In this document: in pieces, positions 1 to 7,746 of the stretch
How positions within the stretch are numbered: the first letter of the stretch is position 1
How the letters are laid out: every line of letters starts with the position of its first letter
DNA from: Candidatus Nanopelagicales bacterium
GTDB taxonomy: Bacteria; Actinomycetota; Actinomycetes; S36-B12; JBBRLC01
Assembly: GCA_038231595.1 (NCBI GenBank)
Contig: JBBRLC010000001.1
Location: forward strand, 1-35,492
Length of the DNA stretch: 35,492 bases
Direction: 5' to 3'
Notes under the pieces: model-generated
Told to the model about the DNA's origin: nothing
The model's input: the letters and a program-made list of their open reading frames with translations, nothing else
Databases searched by the model: none
Position numbers and translations under genes: made by a program

Positions 1-1
1 C

Positions 2-130
2 CAGCCGACCGTGACCGTCGAATCGGGCACATGTTCGGCTGGCTCACTTGGGATGTTCACATACTCTCGGGGCATCACGCCCACCTCCATCAATGGAGAA
101 GCCGCCACCTGGTTGGTTGCGGGGGTTTAG
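2..130 (+). CDS. 3' end of an unknown CDS entering from the left window edge
   Basis: Frame 2 is open from the edge to TAG 128-130. Translation QPTVTVESGTCSAGSLGMFTYSRGITPTSINGEAATWLVAGV looks protein-like with mostly G/C-ending codons. It is absent from the ORF track because it has no start in the window. Confidence 0.25.
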   Translation, partial: QPTVTVESGTCSAGSLGMFTYSRGITPTSINGEAATWLVAGV

Positions 131-210
131 GGGTTGTCGTGGTTCCGGAGCCTGACCAAGGCGGAGCACGAGCTCATCGAGTGGGCCCTTTCAGGGACCG
201 AGGGAGCCGC

Positions 211-576
211 ATGACTCAGCCCGTCCAGAACCTGGCACCTCAAGCGGTCCGCCGATCCGCGTCGACGGGAAAGGCGCTGGGGCTTGTCTTCGCGATTCTC
301 GGGTCAGCCATATCGCTCTTCTTCATTCTGACAGCACTGACTCACGAGCAAAGTAGTTGCGGGAGCGTTCTGTCTCCCAAGAACCAGTCCGGCTGGGGGC
401 TCGACAGCGCCTTGCAGCCGATTCGTTGCTCCGATTCCGTCGAAAACGACAAGGTCTTTGCAGTGTTTGCCGCCTGCGGGCGACTCAACCAAGACGGGGG
501 AAACTTGGGAGTCACACGCAGGGGCAGTTTGTGTTTTGTCGGCGTTGAAAGTGTGCAAATGGAATATGGGCTTTGA
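211..576 (+). CDS. small membrane protein, plus-strand moron-like gene
   Basis: In-frame ATG at 211 is preceded by AGGGAG (track ORF 31..576). One hydrophobic helix, LGLVFAILGSAISLFFILTAL, followed by a Cys-containing C-terminal part. Orientation is opposite to its neighbours and G+C is locally lower. Confidence 0.5.
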   Translation: MTQPVQNLAPQAVRRSASTGKALGLVFAILGSAISLFFILTALTHEQSSCGSVLSPKNQSGWGLDSALQPIRCSDSVENDKVFAVFAACGRLNQDGGNLGVTRRGSLCFVGVESVQMEYGL

Positions 577-608
577 CCTATATCTGCTGAGCGCAAGCCC
601 CTATCTAC

Positions 609-803
609 TTAGGCATCAGGCGTGGGGTCCAACATCCCCGCCTCACTGAGCATGGCAACTTCGGTGCCGAACCCGAGTAACGCCTGTTTCATCATGTCGG
701 CCAACACGTCAGGCGCATACCCCGAAACCCCATTGGCATTCAGGCTCACACGAATGCCGTCATATCTGAGTTGCAAAGTGATCTGGCATTCGCCGTGACT
801 CAT
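609..803 (-). CDS. hypothetical protein (64 aa)
   Basis: Internal ATG of track ORF 609..959 lies 7 nt after the stop of the upstream gene (811). The longer version would overlap that gene. Confidence 0.5.
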   Translation of the reverse strand: MSHGECQITLQLRYDGIRVSLNANGVSGYAPDVLADMMKQALLGFGTEVAMLSEAGMLDPTPDA

Positions 804-810
804 GAACCCA

Positions 811-1851
811 TCACTCCAACCAGATTTTGTAAGTCGCGGCCACGCGGCCCCGGTCGGGGTCGATGAAATGCAGCCGTTGTGACGGGATAGCCGACGCCGC
901 CATGTGAACCCCGGCGTAGCGGTTGTCAGATTCGGTGGAGCCGGTTTGATAGACCGCACCCATGCCGTTAGCCATCGACCACTCCGCGTGCGTGTGGTAA
1001 TGCCCCAGGTACAGGTCGCGGAACTCCCACGGGTACGCCCCGGATCGTTGCCGGTTCGCCCACTGAACCAGCGCGGCGGGTGAGGCGAACCCGTTGCGGC
1101 CCACCTCGTCGCCGTGGATCAGCAGGGCGCGGTAGTTGCCGATCTCGATGCGTTGAATGTCCTCAGGGCAGTCCTGCCACGTCAGACGTTTCTCACTCGC
1201 GAGAAGTTGCTTGGCGAGTTCGTAGCACATGCGGTCGATATTGTCGCTGCGTGGCACGGCGTCACGCTTCGACCCGATGCGCCCGTGATTGCCCCATTCG
1301 GGCACCACAGTCACGCGGTCGTAGATCGTCAGCGCCGCAGACACGACGTCGGTAATCAGCCGCGAAACAGTGACATACTGTTCGAACAGCGTGGAGTCAA
1401 TCTCGTAGGGCTGGGTTGGGAAGTTGAACAGCCCTTCCACCATGTCGCCGCCGAAGGCAACAACGGCGTCGCGCACCGGATGATCGGCGCGTTGAATGTC
1501 GGTGATCTTCGTGGCCTTGTCAACGAATCGCAGGACCCGTTCGCGCATCACATCGGAGTTGTACGACGTGGTGAGTTTCGAGCCTTGCCAGTCGGACAGA
1601 ACCCACAGGGCCGCCTCCCCGCGAGGCTTGCGCCGGTCGCGGGAAGGCGCCGCAATCGTCGTCGCAGGCCAATGCGACAACACCGCTTCATGGCATGACC
1701 TGATCGTTGCATCGGTCAAAGCATCGTTGCGGGTTTTCGCCCGCTTCAACTGTTTCTGCACATTGATCAGAGCTGCGCGCAGTTCGTCACGTTCCGCCTT
1801 GCCCGTTTCGGCGTCGAGTGCTTCGGCGAACGTCACGGTCGGCACTTGCAT
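811..1851 (-). CDS. calcineurin-like metallophosphoesterase
   Basis: 346 aa with the motif series GGDMVEG / WGNHGR / LIHGDE / LGHYHTH. Confidence 0.85.
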   Translation of the reverse strand: MQVPTVTFAEALDAETGKAERDELRAALINVQKQLKRAKTRNDALTDATIRSCHEAVLSHWPATTIAAPSRDRRKPRGEAALWVLSDWQGSKLTTSYNSDVMRERVLRFVDKATKITDIQRADHPVRDAVVAFGGDMVEGLFNFPTQPYEIDSTLFEQYVTVSRLITDVVSAALTIYDRVTVVPEWGNHGRIGSKRDAVPRSDNIDRMCYELAKQLLASEKRLTWQDCPEDIQRIEIGNYRALLIHGDEVGRNGFASPAALVQWANRQRSGAYPWEFRDLYLGHYHTHAEWSMANGMGAVYQTGSTESDNRYAGVHMAASAIPSQRLHFIDPDRGRVAATYKIWLE

Positions 1852-2072
1852 TCGCGGTTACGGTGGCGCCGTACCGCTTCAGATGCGATCTTGTAATTTT
1901 CGGCTTTCAACGCCCTGGCGATTTGCGATGCGGGGATTAGCAGGTCGTCAAGTGCTTCGCACAAGTCGGCTGCCTCGCCTGTGTCCATCGCTGCGATGGT
2001 GATTCCGATTGTGCAGGACGGTCCTTTGAATGCGTTGTCGTGCTCTACCTGTAATGCGTCTGCGAATCCCAT
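1833..2072 (-). CDS. small protein with possible helix-turn-helix
   Basis: Track ORF 1833..2144. The ATG at 2072 is preceded by TGGGGA; alternative starts are 2087 and 2144. The C-terminal IPASQIARALKAENYKIASEAVRRH is HTH-like. Confidence 0.5.
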   Translation of the reverse strand: MGFADALQVEHDNAFKGPSCTIGITIAAMDTGEAADLCEALDDLLIPASQIARALKAENYKIASEAVRRHRNRECKCRP

Positions 2073-2189
2073 CGTGTCCCCAATCATCGGTGGCCTGAGC
2101 CCACGCCCGCAGGAAAGCATCGGTGTGATGGTTATACGGCGCACCGATCGCTTCGAGGAGTCGCTGCCCGTACGTTGTTGAAAAGTAGT

Positions 2190-3176
2190 TCAACGCAGCC
2201 ACGTCACACCCGGCCATGCCGCGAGGTTGGGGTACGGGCCGAGCCCGCCCTTCACAACGACGTTGCTTGTCGAGACCGCCACGTTGTTGGCCCACAGTAG
2301 GTACTTCGCTTGCGCGTTGCCGGTGATCTCAACGTTGCGGAGGATGTACGGCTTGACGGGCGGTGCGCCGGAAATGTCGAACGGGCTGATGAACGTGCCC
2401 TGGTAGCCAGTGGTGCAGGCGAAGCCGTCAACACGTAGCAAGTTCGGCCCGGTCCAGCTCTGCAAACAGTCGGCGTGGTTGGTGGTGTACGACCCGAGCA
2501 GTGGTGCCCCGAAGTCGATGTTCTGCAACGTCACAATCGACGCGCCCGACTTGGTGGAGATGTCGATCCCTTCGGTCAAATCACCCGCGCTAGAGCCGAA
2601 CGTAATGCCGCGCAGATAGACCTCGCCCGTTGTTGCAAGTATGTACGAGGCGCGACGGACAACCCCGTTGCGCGATCCCCGAGGATCACCGCCGCTAACA
2701 ACGTATCCAGCGCCCACATCAACGAAGCAAGGGCCGACGAATACGACGTCGTGGGCGTTTCTGATTTCGAGTCCATGTGCGTTCACCCACACACCGCTAG
2801 AGGGGCAGCGCAGAATGTAGTCGCCGCTACCGAATGACGGGGTGACGCCATTGGTCAGCGTCAGTGTCGTTGGGTTGGTCAGGGTTGGCGGTGCCCACGA
2901 GTTGCCTACGCCGCTAGTCGACGTAGGTGACGGTGTGGGATTAGGCGGTGCCGTCGATGAGGACGTAGTTGTGGGTGTTGTGGTTGGCGTAGGTGACGGG
3001 GTGGGCGTCACAAGCGACGCCGCAAGTGCAGCGAGGTCGTTCTGCGCCGCCACGAGATGCTGCTGCGCGTCGCTGATTAGTTGACTCGACGTGGGCGGCG
3101 CGACACCGTTGGCAACGATCACGGACCCAAACGTCAGGGCCACAACCGCTAACGTAACCGTCCATGCCCGCCTCAT
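2190..3176 (-). CDS. secreted/membrane-anchored protein with Pro/Thr linker and beta-helix-like C-terminal domain (lysis-cassette associated)
   Basis: ATG 3176 overlaps the endolysin stop (ATGA). Signal/anchor MRRAWTVTLAVVALTFGSVIVANG, then a PT-rich linker, then repetitive short beta segments (LEIRNAHDVVF, LQNIDFG, LRNVEITGN). Confidence 0.75.
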   Translation of the reverse strand: MRRAWTVTLAVVALTFGSVIVANGVAPPTSSQLISDAQQHLVAAQNDLAALAASLVTPTPSPTPTTTPTTTSSSTAPPNPTPSPTSTSGVGNSWAPPTLTNPTTLTLTNGVTPSFGSGDYILRCPSSGVWVNAHGLEIRNAHDVVFVGPCFVDVGAGYVVSGGDPRGSRNGVVRRASYILATTGEVYLRGITFGSSAGDLTEGIDISTKSGASIVTLQNIDFGAPLLGSYTTNHADCLQSWTGPNLLRVDGFACTTGYQGTFISPFDISGAPPVKPYILRNVEITGNAQAKYLLWANNVAVSTSNVVVKGGLGPYPNLAAWPGVTWLR

Positions 3177-3973
3177 CTCGTCGCCCCCACAATGGGGGAA
3201 AGTGACTTCCAAGTACGCGCACCGACCGTGCCGCTGCGGTCAAACGCCAACAGGTACGGGTGTCGGCGCTGGAAGGCGGCGACCACGGATGCGAGATCGG
3301 GGCGGTACAACCCGTCAATCGTGTGCAACCCGAACCGCTTGTAAAGGGCAACCACGTCGGGACCCTTAGAACCCAGACGCAATCGAACGCCCCCATAGGG
3401 CAGGGCTGCGGCGGGGTTGACGTTGCGGGTGCCGTCAGAACGAATCCCAAGTTTACGCGCCACAGCCAACGCCTCAGTGCGGTTCACACCTGGCGCGATG
3501 TAGTGGTGCATTTCGTCAATCAGGTGGTTGTACTGCCCGACCGACTGTCCTGGGTTCGCCTTCGATGCAGCCGCTGTCGGCCCACCCCACGCGATGGCGC
3601 CGTTGTAATCGGCGAGTAGATGCCCCACGGCGACGTTTTCGGCGTGGGTCATGTGCTCACGGTTATCGGCCTTGAGGATGTCATAGCGGATATCGATCGC
3701 ATAGCCGTCGTGATCGGACACCGCGCCACCGCCCGCGCGAGCAGGCCGGGCGGCGAATGAGTCCAGTGGCCCGCCCTTGTTCAGCGTCAACCGCCCGCCC
3801 CCGAGCGCGGGATGCAACTGCCAACGTCGGCAGTAGTCAAGGAACAGCGGCAGCGCCCAGTCAACGGCGGTGATGCTGCGACCCAACGGGCGGCGCACAC
3901 AGCGCGTGCCCGGTACGCGACCGGAGATGACCCGCGACGGTGGCGACTGATGCCCCGAGATGGTGACGCCCAC
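3173..3973 (-). CDS. lysA: endolysin (lysin A): M15/VanY-type zinc peptidase plus PG_binding_1-like wall-binding domain
   Basis: GTG start. Carries SDHDGYAIDI (SxHxxGxAxD) and DEMHHY motifs. The C-terminal GSKGPDVVALYKRFGL...FQRRHPYLL...GTVGARTWKSL is a peptidoglycan-binding repeat. The gene sits directly after the holin. Confidence 0.85.
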   Translation of the reverse strand: MGVTISGHQSPPSRVISGRVPGTRCVRRPLGRSITAVDWALPLFLDYCRRWQLHPALGGGRLTLNKGGPLDSFAARPARAGGGAVSDHDGYAIDIRYDILKADNREHMTHAENVAVGHLLADYNGAIAWGGPTAAASKANPGQSVGQYNHLIDEMHHYIAPGVNRTEALAVARKLGIRSDGTRNVNPAAALPYGGVRLRLGSKGPDVVALYKRFGLHTIDGLYRPDLASVVAAFQRRHPYLLAFDRSGTVGARTWKSLSPIVGATR

Positions 3974-3975
3974 GG

Positions 3976-4197
3976 CTAGACGACGCCTGGGTCGGCAGCC
4001 GCCGCGTCGTCAGCCGCGGCGGGTGAGTCGATCGCCTTAGCGTTCGGGATGGCGTAGGTGGCGATGGCGGTGAGGACGGCAAGCAGCGGCGCAACCCACG
4101 TCGGCACGTTCGACGGGTTGAGTGCGACGACGGCGGTCAGGGCTGCGCCGACGAATGCGGCGATGGCCTTAGCGGAGTTCAGGACCTGGTCAAACAT
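3976..4197 (-). CDS. holin (two TM helices)
   Basis: Track ORF 3976..4215. ATG 4197 is preceded by AAGGGGA. Helices AIAAFVGAALTAVVAL and WVAPLLAVLTAIATYAI. The gene ends 2 nt before the endolysin start. Confidence 0.65.
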   Translation of the reverse strand: MFDQVLNSAKAIAAFVGAALTAVVALNPSNVPTWVAPLLAVLTAIATYAIPNAKAIDSPAAADDAAAADPGVV

Positions 4198-4252
4198 GAT
4201 TGTTTTCCCCTTCATATGAGAAACCCGCCACCGATGGGTGACGGGTACGCGG

Positions 4253-4321
4253 TCAACTTCGGACGATGAATACGAGCAGCGCGATCGCTGCGAGGACTAG
4301 CACGATTGTTTGGAGCGTCAT
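4253..4321 (-). CDS. 22-aa hydrophobic peptide (tentative)
   Basis: MTLQTIVLVLAAIALLVFIVRS. Its ATG overlaps the upstream stop (ATGA). It is too short for independent support. Confidence 0.3.
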   Translation of the reverse strand: MTLQTIVLVLAAIALLVFIVRS

Positions 4322-4878
4322 TGGACCGTCCTCGCGGGGAACGGTTCGGTGGTGATGGTGAAAGACGTCGAATACGACACGACAGTCACGGTGCGGATCG
4401 GGTTCGCCTTGTAGGTGGTGACGTTGCGAAGCCGGAACAGGTTTTTCTCCAAACCGGGTCCGGGGCTGATGTAGAAAGGGATCGGTACAGCGATGGTGAA
4501 ATCGTGCAGGCACACGTCGGCGGAGTTGTAGAACAAGATCGCCGGGATCTCGAAGGATGTAGTGATGGACCGCCCGTCAGGGCCGTAACGATCCAACCAA
4601 CGCTCCACCCTCACATCGACGCCGTGGTTGCAGTACCCGGCGTAATGAACTGCGACGGTGCCGCCGCGCGCAACCGTCGTCGGGCCGACGACGGTGCCGG
4701 TCGGGTTGGAATACGACACCAAGTTGTACGGGGCGAGCAGCCAATACGAGCACCCAACGACCAGCAAACCGACACCGATCATCAGTCCAGACATGAACCG
4801 CCACATCGTGCGGAACGTCTTAGACGGTCGCCCGTCGTGGGCGTATTCGACGCGCACGTCCATCGGGTCGTGGCTCAC
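4318..4878 (-). CDS. membrane protein, unknown function
   Basis: GTG start overlaps the upstream stop (GTGA). N-terminal TM helix FMSGLMIGVGLLVVGCSYWLL. Confidence 0.7.
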   Translation of the reverse strand: MSHDPMDVRVEYAHDGRPSKTFRTMWRFMSGLMIGVGLLVVGCSYWLLAPYNLVSYSNPTGTVVGPTTVARGGTVAVHYAGYCNHGVDVRVERWLDRYGPDGRSITTSFEIPAILFYNSADVCLHDFTIAVPIPFYISPGPGLEKNLFRLRNVTTYKANPIRTVTVVSYSTSFTITTEPFPARTVQ

Positions 4879-5210
4879 CGCTGTGCGGCAATGATGATCG
4901 AGGCGGCATAGGCGATGATGAGCGTGGAGATGCTGCCCACGAGGCCATACACGACCTTCTGCAGCATCTCCACCCGCTCCCTCGATGCGGTGGTGGCGAT
5001 GATGCGCTGAATGTCGGAACGGACAGCGGCGGTGTCCTGCTTGATTTCATCCTTCGCCGAGGCGATCAGCGCGACACTGGTCGCATGACCGGACGCAATC
5101 AGCGCAGCGTTCGTGGCGTCACCAGTCTTGATGGCCGTATCCAAACCGTCCATGCGACCATCGATGCGGGTCAGGTGAACCTCAACATCGCGGAACGGGT
5201 CGTCAGTCAC
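4875..5210 (-). CDS. C-terminally anchored membrane protein (XhlA-like layout, weak)
   Basis: GTG start with GGGTGG upstream. Helical N-terminus and C-terminal TM helix VYGLVGSISTLIIAYAASIIIAA. Confidence 0.7.
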   Translation of the reverse strand: MTDDPFRDVEVHLTRIDGRMDGLDTAIKTGDATNAALIASGHATSVALIASAKDEIKQDTAAVRSDIQRIIATTASRERVEMLQKVVYGLVGSISTLIIAYAASIIIAAQR

Positions 5211-5246
5211 GACGCCACCCGGCGGGTGTGGCGTAGTCGGCGCGGA

Positions 5247-5807
5247 TCACTTCGCAACCGCCAACACGCTGAGGAAAGTAGATTCAGAGCCAGCGATCGT
5301 GCTGAGCGCGATGGTGCTCTGTTGATATGCGAACAACTCGACGTAATCGCCCGCCGACATCGAGACGAGGCGCGTGGCGGCGACCATAGTGTCGCCAGAA
5401 GACGTGCCTTGGCCGTGCCCATAAAGCAATCGAGTTCCACTCGCAGCGTTTCCGGCGGCGTTCTTTCTAACCTGTAGACCTCGACCATTAGTCGCTCCGG
5501 CGACGTAGTTCACTGACGCCGCGATAAGAAAGGTGCCGGTGTCGGGTGTGTAGACGCGGGAATTGTTGGTCACGTTGTCGTGCATTGAACCAACGGGGTC
5601 AAAGTCTTCCGAGGCGAGTTGCATGAGCGTCCACGTCGCGTTTGTCAGCGACACTGCCGCACTGTGGTAGGCGTGGCACCGCGGCGGGTTGGTAATCCAG
5701 TTGATCCAGTCGCGAAATGAGTTGAAGTCGGCGGCTGATGGCACCGTGCCAGCGGTGATCGTCGCGGGACCTGACCCATACGGCGCGCTCGGTTTCGTTG
5801 CGGTCAA
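5247..5807 (-). CDS. minor tail protein, small C1q/TNF-like receptor-binding-type domain
   Basis: TTG start preceded by AGGAGA. Beta-rich 186 aa (…GDYVELFAYQQS…). Position is directly after the large minor tail gene. Confidence 0.65.
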   Translation of the reverse strand: MTATKPSAPYGSGPATITAGTVPSAADFNSFRDWINWITNPPRCHAYHSAAVSLTNATWTLMQLASEDFDPVGSMHDNVTNNSRVYTPDTGTFLIAASVNYVAGATNGRGLQVRKNAAGNAASGTRLLYGHGQGTSSGDTMVAATRLVSMSAGDYVELFAYQQSTIALSTIAGSESTFLSVLAVAK

Positions 5808-5816
5808 AGCGGTCTC

Positions 5817-7745
5817 CTAGAGCGCGATCGGATACCCGGCTGTTCCGACGACGCCGTAGGTGGCGTCACCGACGATGAACACCGGGATGAACGGGGACAG
5901 TTGCAGTTCACAGATCGCATCGCCGTCAGCGGTGAGAGTCGGCCACGCAACGGATTCGACGATGAATTGCATGGTCGACGCGGGCGCATTCGACGGCAGC
6001 CCCGACACATCGACTCGATCGCCGGATTCCAGCGTGAGCGCGTACTGCCAAAGTTGCGGCGAGGTCGCCGGTCGCAGGGTGATTCGCCCACAGCGAACGC
6101 GTGAGGTTCCGTAGACGAACGTGTACCAGTTCGCGGCTTGGTAGAGGGCGTCATCACTGTCAACGTTGAACACCATCGGTGATCCGCCGAGGTCGCGTCG
6201 ACGATGTTTTGGGATGGAGACCGGGTTGGTGGCGCGGATGATGCCGCCGCCGTTGCGGGTGGCTTTGAGGTCGTTGATCATGTGCTGACGGTCGAGGCCG
6301 AACTGCAAACCCGACGTATCGACGGGCAGTGTGTCGGTGCCCAACGTGACAACCGGCGTTGAGACATAGCGAACCGTGTGGGATCGCCACTTCGATGTTC
6401 CGTCCGCGGCGAAGAAGAACAGCGACTGCGGATCAGCTGCGGCGGCCTCTTGAATCTCGGTCAGCGCAGACTTCCCTGAACACGATTGCGGACCGAGGAG
6501 CACAGAAGAATAGTCGTAGGTCTGCGATCCGGCAAATCCGACCCAACCCAGCGTCCGCGCAATCCTGGACGGAATATCGTCGCCCAGAAAACCTAACGCA
6601 GCCTGGTAGTGATATGTCGCCAGGGAGGGCGCAGAGTTCGCCCACAGTGCGACGTGACCGATCTGCCCCTTGAAAAAGTAGCGGGCATAGTTCCCGTTGT
6701 AGACCTCTGCGCCGATAGCGACAGGCCCGGTTCGTTGCGCTGCGATCGTGGGTGTTGACGACGAGTCGCTTAGAACCCCGTCGACATAGAGGTAAACATC
6801 CGTGGCAGTGCTACGCGCCGAGATGATGTGCGGGAGGCCATCGGCGACGAATGTCGACCCGCCGATGGAGCTGCGGCCAGCCCCGCCGCCGACCGGGTAG
6901 TAGAGAACGACATAGCCGAAATACACATAGATGGAAATGGCTTTCGTGCCGTAGGCCGATACGTCGTCGGTGTTGGCTTGCGAGAACACGGTTTGAAGGT
7001 GCGTCGCGTCAGTGGTCACGACTGTCGCGCGAGCAGTCCACGTTGTCGTTTCCAGATAGGCGCCAAGTCCGCCATTCCCGAGCTGAAGCCATTGACCCGA
7101 GTCCCACACCCCCGCCGAATCATGTGGGGACAGCGCGAAGTTCGTCGTCGGGTCGGTGCTGGGGAAAAACGGTGTCCCGCCGAACGCGGCCGCTGACACC
7201 AGCGTCGAGTTGAACCCAGTCAGCGGGGCCGAGATTCCGGTGATCAGGTCACCGGCCGCGTTTGACCCGGCATCCTCGCCGAGCGGGAAGTAGTAGTTCG
7301 GGGCTTCCAACGACGACAACATGTTTTCGATGTACGTGGACTGCAGCGTCGTCGCCGACAACGCGTCGGAATAGTCGACGGTCTGAAAGTTGTTCGACGC
7401 ATACCCGAAGCCGTCGCCGTCGATCGTGGTCGGGCACTCCGAGATGGTGTGGTCAAGAATCGTGTAGGTGCTGCCCGGGGTGAGGGCCGCGCGGACGCGG
7501 ATTCGCTTGTCGACATCGACCTTTCCGGTTCCGGCGATCGTCGCGCCAGACGTGTACGTGCCATCCGTGTTGTCGACTCGGATGGTTGAGGTCGTCGGGG
7601 TGACGGTGTCGAGTTCGTAGCTGCGACCACGAGGCCGCACAGCGATCGATTCCACCGGTGGCACCGACAGCCACGACGGGGCTACGTCGGGGTCAGTCGC
7701 CCAGGACGCATCGACTGTGATGGCGACTGAGGGATCGACGGGCAC
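5817..7745 (-). CDS. minor tail protein (Dit-like N-terminus with LamG/concanavalin-like insertion)
   Basis: GTG start 2 nt after the tape-measure stop. N-terminal RPRGRSYELDTVTPTTSTIRVDNTDGTY pattern. Central VYLYVDGVL…FKGQIGHVALW segment. Confidence 0.8.
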   Translation of the reverse strand: MPVDPSVAITVDASWATDPDVAPSWLSVPPVESIAVRPRGRSYELDTVTPTTSTIRVDNTDGTYTSGATIAGTGKVDVDKRIRVRAALTPGSTYTILDHTISECPTTIDGDGFGYASNNFQTVDYSDALSATTLQSTYIENMLSSLEAPNYYFPLGEDAGSNAAGDLITGISAPLTGFNSTLVSAAAFGGTPFFPSTDPTTNFALSPHDSAGVWDSGQWLQLGNGGLGAYLETTTWTARATVVTTDATHLQTVFSQANTDDVSAYGTKAISIYVYFGYVVLYYPVGGGAGRSSIGGSTFVADGLPHIISARSTATDVYLYVDGVLSDSSSTPTIAAQRTGPVAIGAEVYNGNYARYFFKGQIGHVALWANSAPSLATYHYQAALGFLGDDIPSRIARTLGWVGFAGSQTYDYSSVLLGPQSCSGKSALTEIQEAAAADPQSLFFFAADGTSKWRSHTVRYVSTPVVTLGTDTLPVDTSGLQFGLDRQHMINDLKATRNGGGIIRATNPVSIPKHRRRDLGGSPMVFNVDSDDALYQAANWYTFVYGTSRVRCGRITLRPATSPQLWQYALTLESGDRVDVSGLPSNAPASTMQFIVESVAWPTLTADGDAICELQLSPFIPVFIVGDATYGVVGTAGYPIAL

Positions 7746-7746
7746 G

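Noticed and set aside
568-600. Bidirectional terminator between the convergent genes 211-576 and 609-803
   Set aside because: Only a 6-bp stem (GGGCTT/AAGCCC) with a 21-nt loop and no T-tract is present, which is too weak to call.
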